Position numbers and translations under genes: made by a program
In this document: positions 26,806-33,262 of the stretch, one piece after another
Layout: each line of letters begins with the position of its first letter
Position numbering within the stretch: the first letter of the stretch is position 1
Notes under the pieces: generated by a model
Told to the model about the DNA's origin: nothing
The model's database searches: none
Seen by the model: only the letters and a program-made list of their open reading frames with translations
Source of the DNA: an uncultured Acholeplasmataceae bacterium
GTDB taxonomy: Bacteria; Bacillota_I; Bacilli_A; Acholeplasmatales; Acholeplasmataceae
Length of the DNA: 33,262 bases
Direction: 5' to 3'
NCBI GenBank assembly: GCA_963540905.1
Contig: CAUTRH010000001.1
Span: 1 to 33,262, forward strand

Positions 26806-26833
26806 AAAGAAAGTCTATTTCAGACTTTCTTTT
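26806..26833. terminator. Bidirectional terminator between convergent serS and the HIT gene
   Basis: AAAGAAAGTCT-ATTTC-AGACTTTCTTT. It overlaps the last codons of the HIT gene. Confidence 0.7.
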
Positions 26834-27219
26834 AATAAATGTTCAGTTTCTTTAAAATCAATAGGCTCAATTTCAAAGCGTTGGGTTTTAAACTCAAGGC
26901 CAGTATATCTAGGAATTACATGAATGTGAAAATGCATCACCTGTTGATTGGCTAACTTGCCTGCGTTTGTATAGATATTCACACCTTTAGCGCCTAAAGC
27001 AGTTTGCATAGTTTGTGCGATTTTTTGGCTAACTTTAGTTAAGTGCATCAAGGTTTCTGTATCTATATCTAAAAAGTTACATGCATATGTCTTTGGTATT
27101 ACTAGAGTGTGTCCCTTGCTTAATGGATTGATATCTAGAAAAGCCAAACACAATTCATCTTCATACACTATGTTTGCAGGAATTTCCCTATTGATTATTT
27201 TACTAAAAATTGTTTCCAT
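26815..27219 (-). CDS. HIT family (histidine triad) nucleotide hydrolase
   Basis: 134 aa with IFSKIINREIPA and the HFHIHVIP histidine triad. Confidence 0.9.
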   Translation of the reverse strand: METIFSKIINREIPANIVYEDELCLAFLDINPLSKGHTLVIPKTYACNFLDIDTETLMHLTKVSQKIAQTMQTALGAKGVNIYTNAGKLANQQVMHFHIHVIPRYTGLEFKTQRFEIEPIDFKETEHLLKESLK

Positions 27220-27267
27220 TATTACCTCATTTTTTAAAAATTATACTAAATTCAGAAAGGAGTTGCA

Positions 27268-28356
27268 ATGAAAGACAGAGTTATAGTAGACCCAATTTAC
27301 GGCTACGTTATTTTAAAAGAAGATATTATTAAACGCTTAGTTGATACTAAGTTTTTCCAAAGGTTACGCCGTATTTATCAAATGGGCAATTCCTTTTTTG
27401 TATTTCCTTCTGCTGTGCACACTAGATTTTCACATTGCCTCGGGGTTTATGAACTTGCAAGACAAATTTCAGAAAAATTGCCAATTTCAAAAAGAGAGCA
27501 ACTAATTTTAATGGTTTCGGCCTTACTTCATGACATCGGACATGGCCCTTTTTCACATTTGTATGATAGTCTAGTTAACGGAGTTCACGAATTAAGAGGT
27601 GCTTATATTATTGCAAGCGATCCCGAGATTAGCGGTATTTTAAATGAAGTCGACAAAGAGTTTGTCAAAGACGTTTGCTCAGTCTTAACAAAAGACAAAA
27701 GATTTCCTTTACTTGAATCTATACTATCTAGTCAACTAGATATTGACAGACTAGACTACTTAAAAAGAGATGCGTATTTTGCAGCAGTTAAAACTGGAGA
27801 TATAGACTCATCTAAACTAATTAACAGTCTAACTGTCCACGATGGGAAGTTGTGCTTTAAGGAAAGCGCAGTATATGCAATTGAAAATTATTTAATTTCT
27901 CGCTATCACATGTATATGCAGGTTTATTTACATCCTAGCGTAATAGGCCGTGATTTTAATTTAATGGAGATTTTTAAAGACCTGGAAAGTATCGAAGATC
28001 CTCTACTTAAAAAAGTTTTAAAATCGCCTAACGACCCAGATTTAAACTTATTTTTAAATTTAGACGATGCATATTTTTTAACTTATTTTAAACAACTTAG
28101 CGAAAGCAATTCACAGACCGCTAAGTTAGCACAAGAGTTCATATATCGCCAAAACTGGCAACCAAAAGAATTCTCTGGCGAAAAACCAAATGTTAGAGTT
28201 TGGGAACTTAAAAAACAAATTTATGATTTTCAAAAAGAACCAATTTTACTTTTAACTCAAGATAAGCAAATAGTTAGACTACAAGACTACTCTGATTTCG
28301 TTGCAAACTTAGCAAAGCGTGCAAAAGTTGTAAAACAATATACTTGGGGCAAATAA
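27268..28356 (+). CDS. HD-domain phosphohydrolase (dNTP triphosphohydrolase-like)
   Basis: 362 aa with RFSHCLGVYELA, LLHDIGHGPFSH and DIDRLDYLKRD motifs. Confidence 0.85.
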   Translation: MKDRVIVDPIYGYVILKEDIIKRLVDTKFFQRLRRIYQMGNSFFVFPSAVHTRFSHCLGVYELARQISEKLPISKREQLILMVSALLHDIGHGPFSHLYDSLVNGVHELRGAYIIASDPEISGILNEVDKEFVKDVCSVLTKDKRFPLLESILSSQLDIDRLDYLKRDAYFAAVKTGDIDSSKLINSLTVHDGKLCFKESAVYAIENYLISRYHMYMQVYLHPSVIGRDFNLMEIFKDLESIEDPLLKKVLKSPNDPDLNLFLNLDDAYFLTYFKQLSESNSQTAKLAQEFIYRQNWQPKEFSGEKPNVRVWELKKQIYDFQKEPILLLTQDKQIVRLQDYSDFVANLAKRAKVVKQYTWGK

Positions 28357-28883
28357 TGCAAGTATTTGTAGTTGAAGGGAAAAACGACATTAAGGTTGTC
28401 AAAAGCGTATTTCCTGAAAGTATTTGTATTAAAACTAACGGTCTTGGCATTAACAAGACAACTATTGACCAACTCAAAAGCCTTGAAAAAGACAACGAAA
28501 TAATTGTAATTACAGATCCTGACAGTGCTGGTACTAAGATTAGAAACATTGTTTTATCAGAAATCCCTTCTGCGAATTTTTTAGATTTACCTAAAGACAA
28601 ATGTATCAAAAAGCGTAAAGTTGGGCTCGAAAACCTATCTAAAGAAGACTTCTTAAAAATACTAAACACTGGTAAATTGCTCAACAAGGCTATTTTAAAG
28701 CAAAATAATTTTTCTTTATCGGATTTAGTTGAACTAAAAATAACAGGTCCTGAAAGCAGAGGAAACAAAAATAAACTACACTCCCTGCTTGGTATTCATC
28801 ACTTCAATACAAAGCAACTTCTGAATTTCTTAAATAATTCAAATTACACAAAACAACAATTAAAAGAGGTCTTAAATGCATAA
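28356..28883 (+). CDS. rnmV: Ribonuclease M5 (Toprim)
   Basis: MQVFVVEGKNDIKVV and IIVITDPDSAGTKIR. Start set at ATG 28356, overlapping the upstream TAA (TAATG). The track start at 28344 is inside the HD gene. Confidence 0.85.
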   Translation: MQVFVVEGKNDIKVVKSVFPESICIKTNGLGINKTTIDQLKSLEKDNEIIVITDPDSAGTKIRNIVLSEIPSANFLDLPKDKCIKKRKVGLENLSKEDFLKILNTGKLLNKAILKQNNFSLSDLVELKITGPESRGNKNKLHSLLGIHHFNTKQLLNFLNNSNYTKQQLKEVLNA

Positions 28884-29655
28884 GTTCAAAAAACATTTTG
28901 GCCAAAACTTCCTAAATGATTTAAACATTTTAAACAAAATAGGTGCTGAAGTTAGACCTGATTTAAATATTTTAGAAGTTGGACCAGGAGAAGGCGCGCT
29001 TACCAAAATTCTTTTAAAAAAATCAAAATCAGTCTTTTCTGTAGAAATAGATAAAGAGCTGACAGAGAAACTAACAGACCTTAAAAATCAGCACAAAAAC
29101 TTTAATTTCGTTATCGCTGATTTTCTTGAATATAGCCTTACTGGGCAAAATTACGATATTGTGATTGGCAATATTCCTTACTATATATCTTCAGACATAA
29201 TCTTTAAAATCATCAATAGCCAAGTTTCTGAATTTATCTTAATGGTTCAAAAAGAATACGCAGATAGACTAGTTGCCGGTGTTGGTTCTTCAGAATACTC
29301 AAAGTTAAGCGTTTCAGTTCAAAGTTTCTTTGAAGTTAAAAAAGCGTTCACTGTTTCTAAAAACTGCTTCTATCCAGTTCCAAAAGTAGATAGTGCAGTT
29401 GTTTATTTTCAAGCAAAACAAGCATTGATTTTAGAAACCCAAAAACAAGTGTACTTTGAGTTCTTAAAAACTTGTTTCTTTTCTAAACGAAAAACTCTGT
29501 TTAATAATTTGCTTAAAACTAAAATTGAAAAACAAGATATTTTAAATGTTTTTAAAGACCTTAAAATCAATCAAAACATCAGAGCAGAAAAACTGACGGC
29601 AATTGAGTTTCAAAACTTGTTTTTAAGGTTGATCAAAATTAAGGAGGAAATATGA
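28876..29655 (+). CDS. rsmA: 16S rRNA (adenine1518/1519-N6)-dimethyltransferase
   Basis: 259 aa with KKHFGQNFL, VGPGEGALT and GNIPYYISS motifs. Confidence 0.92.
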   Translation: MHKFKKHFGQNFLNDLNILNKIGAEVRPDLNILEVGPGEGALTKILLKKSKSVFSVEIDKELTEKLTDLKNQHKNFNFVIADFLEYSLTGQNYDIVIGNIPYYISSDIIFKIINSQVSEFILMVQKEYADRLVAGVGSSEYSKLSVSVQSFFEVKKAFTVSKNCFYPVPKVDSAVVYFQAKQALILETQKQVYFEFLKTCFFSKRKTLFNNLLKTKIEKQDILNVFKDLKINQNIRAEKLTAIEFQNLFLRLIKIKEEI

Positions 29656-30548
29656 AAGCAAAGGCTTATGCCAAAATCAATCTAGATTTAAGAGTGGGTG
29701 AGGTAATGGAAAACGGTTTGCATGAAATCATTTCTATTGTTGCACCAATTTCTTTGCATGACAAAATCTGGGTTAAATTGACAAACAAATCCAAAAACCA
29801 AATCGTTTCTAAAACTCCTTGGTTTAAAGTAGATAAACTAAGTCAGTTTTTAACTGACTTTCAAACTGACTTTCAACTTACTAAAAAGGTAGCACTGTCA
29901 ATTCAAAAAAATATTCCGCTAGGCGCTGGACTAGGCGGTCTTAGTACTGTGCTTGCAACTCTTTTAAATTGTTTGTCTTCTTTATATAAGTTAGATTTAA
30001 CACTAATGCAAAAAGCAGACTTTATTGAAAAATACGGACAAGACTGCATTTACTTTTTAAAGCCACTGCCTGGCGTGATGCTAAAAACTGGTTCAACTGT
30101 TGAGTATCTTGGTAAATGCCCTTTTAAGTATGTACATTTAAAAAACTTTAGTGAACCTTTTGAAACTGAGCGCATGTATCAAAAAATAAAACCTTCCGAA
30201 ATTGACACCGAGAAAGTAAAAGAACTAATTAAGTTATTTAATGAAGGTAAAACTGATCAGTTTTGGGCGAGTGTTCAAAATGACTTTGATAAGGTATATG
30301 AACTTATTAACCCTGAAGAACAGGCTGTATATCTTGCACTTAAAAAAACATCCTTTAAACTACAGACTACTGGTTCTGGTTCTTCTGTTTATACACTTGA
30401 CGGAAATTTTGAAGATAAACAAATTAAATATCCTGCGATTTCTTATTTTAAGAGATACAAATTTTTAAACTACCAAAACATTAAATTTAGCAAACAATCC
30501 ACTTTTAAAAAAACTCTTTACTTTTTACAAAAACTTATCTTTGTTTAA
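29652..30548 (+). CDS. ispE: 4-diphosphocytidyl-2-C-methyl-D-erythritol kinase (MEP pathway)
   Basis: 298 aa with AYAKINLDLRV and the GHMP kinase motif IPLGAGLGGLST. ATGA overlap with rsmA; the rsmA-ispE order is conserved in Firmicutes. Confidence 0.85.
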   Translation: MKAKAYAKINLDLRVGEVMENGLHEIISIVAPISLHDKIWVKLTNKSKNQIVSKTPWFKVDKLSQFLTDFQTDFQLTKKVALSIQKNIPLGAGLGGLSTVLATLLNCLSSLYKLDLTLMQKADFIEKYGQDCIYFLKPLPGVMLKTGSTVEYLGKCPFKYVHLKNFSEPFETERMYQKIKPSEIDTEKVKELIKLFNEGKTDQFWASVQNDFDKVYELINPEEQAVYLALKKTSFKLQTTGSGSSVYTLDGNFEDKQIKYPAISYFKRYKFLNYQNIKFSKQSTFKKTLYFLQKLIFV

Positions 30549-30584
30549 ATTTATAGAACCAATTTTATCAATAAAGTTGAAATG

Positions 30585-30623
30585 TACCTCATTTTCTAAG
30601 CACAAGAAATGAGGTATTTTTTT
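30585..30623 (+). terminator. Intrinsic terminator after ispE
   Basis: TACCTCATTT (30585-30594) pairs with AAATGAGGTA (30607-30616), followed by T7. Confidence 0.8.
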
Positions 30624-30757
30624 ATGCGGTGTATGTGAAGAAAATTATGAAGTTACTTCATTGTTTATCTAAAGTTGTGCATTTAACTCTAATGGCTGAT
30701 CACAATAATCACAAACATTTTTATTTTATAAAAACTTCGCTATTAGCGAAAATATAT

Positions 30758-30835
30758 TTTTAAGTAAAAAAAACAATTGAAAATTTTACTTAAAAATTGT
30801 ATACTTAGGCTAAGTAAAGTAAACTTTACTTAAAA
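30758..30835 (+). promoter_or_regulatory. fic promoter embedded in an array of TACTTA/TAAGTA half-sites (candidate operators)
   Basis: -35 TTGAAA 30777-30782, 17 nt, -10 TATACT 30800-30805. Inverted repeat TTTTAAGTAAAA (30758-30769) / TTTTACTTAAAA (30784-30795), symmetric about CAATTG. Palindrome TACTTAG-G-CTAAGTA at 30802-30816. Direct copy TTTACTTAAAA at 30825-30835. Confidence 0.6.
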
Positions 30836-30844
30836 GGCGAAATT

Positions 30845-31996
30845 ATGAAATTAGAAACTAACAGAGCAGGTATTTTAAAGAAGATGCAAAGCGGCTACGA
30901 ATGTTTTGTTCCACACGATTTAAAACATTTGAAATTAAATATAAACGCTGAACTTCAAAGTTTAATCAATAAAGCTAACTTACTTTTAGGTAAATTAGAC
31001 GGAATGGCTACAATTTTACCAGACATTGATTTATTTGTCTCTATGTATGTGCAAAAAGAAGCAGTTATCAGTTCGCAAATAGAAGGTACACAAGCATCAC
31101 TAATCGACGTTTTACAAAAAGACAGGAAACAAGAAAAAATCAACGAAACCGCTGAAATTATTAATTACGTCAAGGCAGCTAACTATGCTTTTAATAGATT
31201 AAAAGAACTGCCACTATGCATGCGACTAATTAAAGAAACCCATTCTATTTTGTTGTCAGATGTTCGTGGTAGTGAAAAACTACCAGGTGAGTTAAGACGA
31301 TCTCAAAACTGGATTGGCTACCCTGGATGTACACTAAGCACAGCGAGTTTTGTGCCACCAGCTCCTGCAGAAATGGAAAACGCTTTAAGTGATTTAGAGA
31401 AGTATATCCACGAAGAGAGTCCAATTTCTAATTTAGTTAAAATAGCGTTAATTCATTACCAATTTGAAACAATACATCCGTTTTTAGATGGCAACGGCAG
31501 GATAGGTAGATTATTGATAGTGTTATTTTTAAAGGAACAAGGTTTGATTGAATACCCTGTTCTTTATTTAAGTTATTTTTTTAAAACAAATAGATCTATC
31601 TACTATGAACTCTTAAATAACGTCCATACTAAAGGAGAATTTGAAGAGTGGGTTACGTTTTTCATAAAAGGAATTTGTGAAGTATCTGAAGATGCTATTT
31701 CATCTATCAAAAAGATTATAAAACTTAAAAAAGTAGACATAGAAAAAATTAGAAAAGCTACAAAAAGAAATGTTTCAAATTTACTTTCGGTATACGCTTT
31801 TCTGTTAAAACATCCCATTTTAGAAGTCAAAGATATCTGTAATTTCTTAAGTTTAAGTAAACCTACTGCAAATATTTTGCTAGAAACGCTAACAGACCTG
31901 GGAATACTTGAACTTCTTGAGGATAAAAAACGATATAAACAGTATGTCTATAGACAGTATGTTGATATTCTTTCTGAAGGAACTGCACTAGAGTAA
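30845..31996 (+). CDS. fic: Fic family protein (AMPylase-type; Fic_N inhibitory helix + Fic core + C-terminal wHTH)
   Basis: 383 aa. Fic motif HPFLDGNGRIGR at nt 31475-31510. Inhibitory motif S-S-Q-I-E-G, matching (S/T)xxxE(G/N), at nt 31070-31087. The C-terminal LSLSKPTANILLETLTDLGILE is HTH-like. Confidence 0.9.
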   Translation: MKLETNRAGILKKMQSGYECFVPHDLKHLKLNINAELQSLINKANLLLGKLDGMATILPDIDLFVSMYVQKEAVISSQIEGTQASLIDVLQKDRKQEKINETAEIINYVKAANYAFNRLKELPLCMRLIKETHSILLSDVRGSEKLPGELRRSQNWIGYPGCTLSTASFVPPAPAEMENALSDLEKYIHEESPISNLVKIALIHYQFETIHPFLDGNGRIGRLLIVLFLKEQGLIEYPVLYLSYFFKTNRSIYYELLNNVHTKGEFEEWVTFFIKGICEVSEDAISSIKKIIKLKKVDIEKIRKATKRNVSNLLSVYAFLLKHPILEVKDICNFLSLSKPTANILLETLTDLGILELLEDKKRYKQYVYRQYVDILSEGTALE

Positions 31997-32021
31997 GAAC
32001 TAAAAAACACTTAAACAAAGT

Positions 32022-32064
32022 AAAAACACCCCATTTCCAATTATCTAAGAAATAGGGTGTTTTA
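32022..32064. terminator. Bidirectional terminator between convergent fic and rpsD
   Basis: AACACCC-C-ATTTC / GAAAT-A-GGGTGTT stem with one mismatch, an A-run upstream and a T-run downstream. Confidence 0.7.
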
Positions 32065-32081
32065 TTTTTAACCTAAGTTAA

Positions 32082-32681
32082 TTAACGGTTGTAGAACTCA
32101 ACAATAAGTTGTTCGTTAATTTCTTGAAGCACTTCTTTTCTTTCAGGGAAACGTACAAAAGTTGCTGCTTTTTTGTTTTCGTCTAATTCAACAAATTCAA
32201 AACTTCTGAATTTAGCCTCTAGACTTTCTTTCACAACAAGTAAATCTTTCGAACGTTCTTTTAAAGAAATAACTTGACCTGGTTTTAGACGCATTGATGG
32301 AATATCTGCTTTTTTGCCATCAACTAAAATGTGTCCGTGGTTAACAAGCTGTCTTGCTTGTTGGCGAGTTCTAGCAAGGCCTGCTCTATAAACTAAGTTA
32401 TCTAGTCTAGATTCTAGTAGCTTGATGAAGTTTTCACCTAAGTTACCTGCAAGTTTTTTAGCCTCGTGGAAAGTTTTGACAAATTGTTTTTCAGATACAC
32501 CGTATGTAAATCTAACTTTTTGTTTTTCATTTAACTGAGAACCATAGTCAGATACTTTAGCGCGTCTTTTGCCGTGTTGACCAGGAGCATATGCTCTTTT
32601 TTTCAGTTCTTTGGCAGTTTCTGAAACTGAATAGCCTAAACGGCGAGATTTTTTCCAAGTTGATCCTAAGAAACGTGACAT
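32082..32681 (-). CDS. rpsD: 30S ribosomal protein S4
   Basis: 199 aa with [16 protein letters not shown] and the S4 domain [35 protein letters not shown] is AAGGAGG. Confidence 0.96.
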   Translation of the reverse strand: MSRFLGSTWKKSRRLGYSVSETAKELKKRAYAPGQHGKRRAKVSDYGSQLNEKQKVRFTYGVSEKQFVKTFHEAKKLAGNLGENFIKLLESRLDNLVYRAGLARTRQQARQLVNHGHILVDGKKADIPSMRLKPGQVISLKERSKDLLVVKESLEAKFRSFEFVELDENKKAATFVRFPERKEVLQEINEQLIVEFYNR

Positions 32682-32862
32682 ATATTTTTACCTCCTTATA
32701 GAATAAGTCAGCAAAACGTATTTATTTAACTTTATAATCTTTAAATTGCCTCATTTGTAAAGCAATAAACAAACTACTACATCCTAAGTTAAAGATATTT
32801 AAAGCAAATAAATGCGTGCTTTAACAATTAGAAAGTATACAACAGTTTAGTGATTTTGGCAA
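32682..32862 (-). promoter_or_regulatory. rpsD promoter and ~145-nt 5' leader
   Basis: On the minus strand: TTGCCA (32857-32862), 17 nt, TATACT (32834-32839). The leader contains an 8-bp hairpin TTAAAGCA/TGCTTTAA (32799-32824). Confidence 0.5.
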
Positions 32863-33043
32863 TTATGATGTATTTTTTATTTTATTTTTAATCGTTCTTT
32901 TTAGATTATGTAAGTATACACTTAGGTGTTATTTTAGTTAGGTAGATATTTGTAAAAGGTTATGTTTTTTACAGGTAATTTTATTTTTAAACGACTAGTT
33001 ATATTTTTGTGAAAAGTTTAGGTTAAATTATTATCAAAATGGC

Positions 33044-33083
33044 TTGCAAAATAGGGGACAAAGTGGTATATATAAATGTCCCC
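33044..33083 (+). promoter_or_regulatory. Promoter with extended -10 bracketed by a 7-bp GC-rich inverted repeat (candidate operator)
   Basis: -35 TTGCAA 33044-33049, 17 nt, TGgTATATA (TG at 33064-33065, -10 at 33067-33072). GGGGACA (33054-33060) and TGTCCCC (33077-33083) flank the -10. Confidence 0.55.
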
Positions 33084-33096
33084 AAAAGGAGAGCGT

Positions 33097-33262
33097 ATGG
33101 AAAACAATTTTGAAAAAATCCAAAATTTATTACGAACTAAAGCCGAATTGCAAGCAAGACTCAGTTTGATACCTTATGATGGATCGGTTGAGATAAAAGA
33201 TGTTACGGGAAAAAAATATCTTTATATACGAAAAAGAGAGGCGGGGAGAAAGACATCAACTT
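33097..33262 (+). CDS. Hypothetical protein, 5' fragment (runs off the window)
   Basis: ATG 33097 lies 5 nt after AAGGAG. Open frame to the window end: MENNFEKIQNLLRTKAELQARLSLIPYDGSVEIKDVTGKKYLYIRKREAGRKTST. The LIPYDGS.EIK...KYLY.RKR..G+.TS pattern resembles, from memory only, the N-termini of some Firmicute Fic-family or defence-associated proteins. Confidence 0.55.
   Translation, partial: MENNFEKIQNLLRTKAELQARLSLIPYDGSVEIKDVTGKKYLYIRKREAGRKTST

Noticed and set aside
30647-30763. 38-aa ORF (MKLLHCLSKVVHLTLMADHNNHKHFYFIKTSLLAKIYF) upstream of fic, considered as a possible Fic antitoxin.
   Set aside because: It has no convincing SD and AT-driven composition. It lacks the (S/T)xxxE(G/N) inhibitory motif expected of Fic antitoxins, and the Fic protein already carries that motif internally.

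Overview
This is a low-GC bacterial chromosome segment centred on the replication origin. rpmH-rnpA-yidC-jag lie on the minus strand, divergent from dnaA-dnaN-(85-aa ORF)-gyrB-gyrA-serS on the plus strand, and DnaA-box clusters sit on both sides of dnaA. The standard genetic code is in use: TGA terminates rpmG and rnpA, Trp is TGG, and all long ORFs are intact. Gene content includes no recF, several lipobox lipoproteins, a membrane-anchored endonuclease I, the MEP-pathway genes ispG and ispE, and no T-box leaders. From this I infer an Acholeplasma-like Mollicute or a closely related low-GC Firmicute; this is inference only. Most of the window is housekeeping: four aminoacyl-tRNA synthetases (trpS, tyrS, asnS, serS), rpmG, rpsD, rnmV, rsmA, a HIT protein and an HD hydrolase. 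The accessory or unusual parts are these. (1) A single-gene Abi_2 (AbiD/AbiF-type HEPN) abortive-infection island lies between ispG and trpS. A strikingly GC-rich promoter-proximal hairpin precedes it (candidate cis ncRNA or attenuator), and its 5' end carries a TAA nonsense codon plus a frameshift. (2) A Fic (HPFLDGNGRIGR) gene with an internal inhibitory SxxxEG helix and a C-terminal wHTH lies between ispE and rpsD, behind a promoter saturated with TACTTA/TAAGTA half-sites. (3) On the other side of rpsD there is an odd intergenic region with phased AGGT repeats and an operator-flanked promoter that drives a gene cut by the window edge. (4) The cca gene is broken by one in-frame TAA. (5) A 660-aa lipoprotein with four tandem helical repeats has a promoter -35 overlapped by a perfect cre/LacI-type palindrome. 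No CRISPR array, tRNA, rRNA, transposase or integrase was seen.
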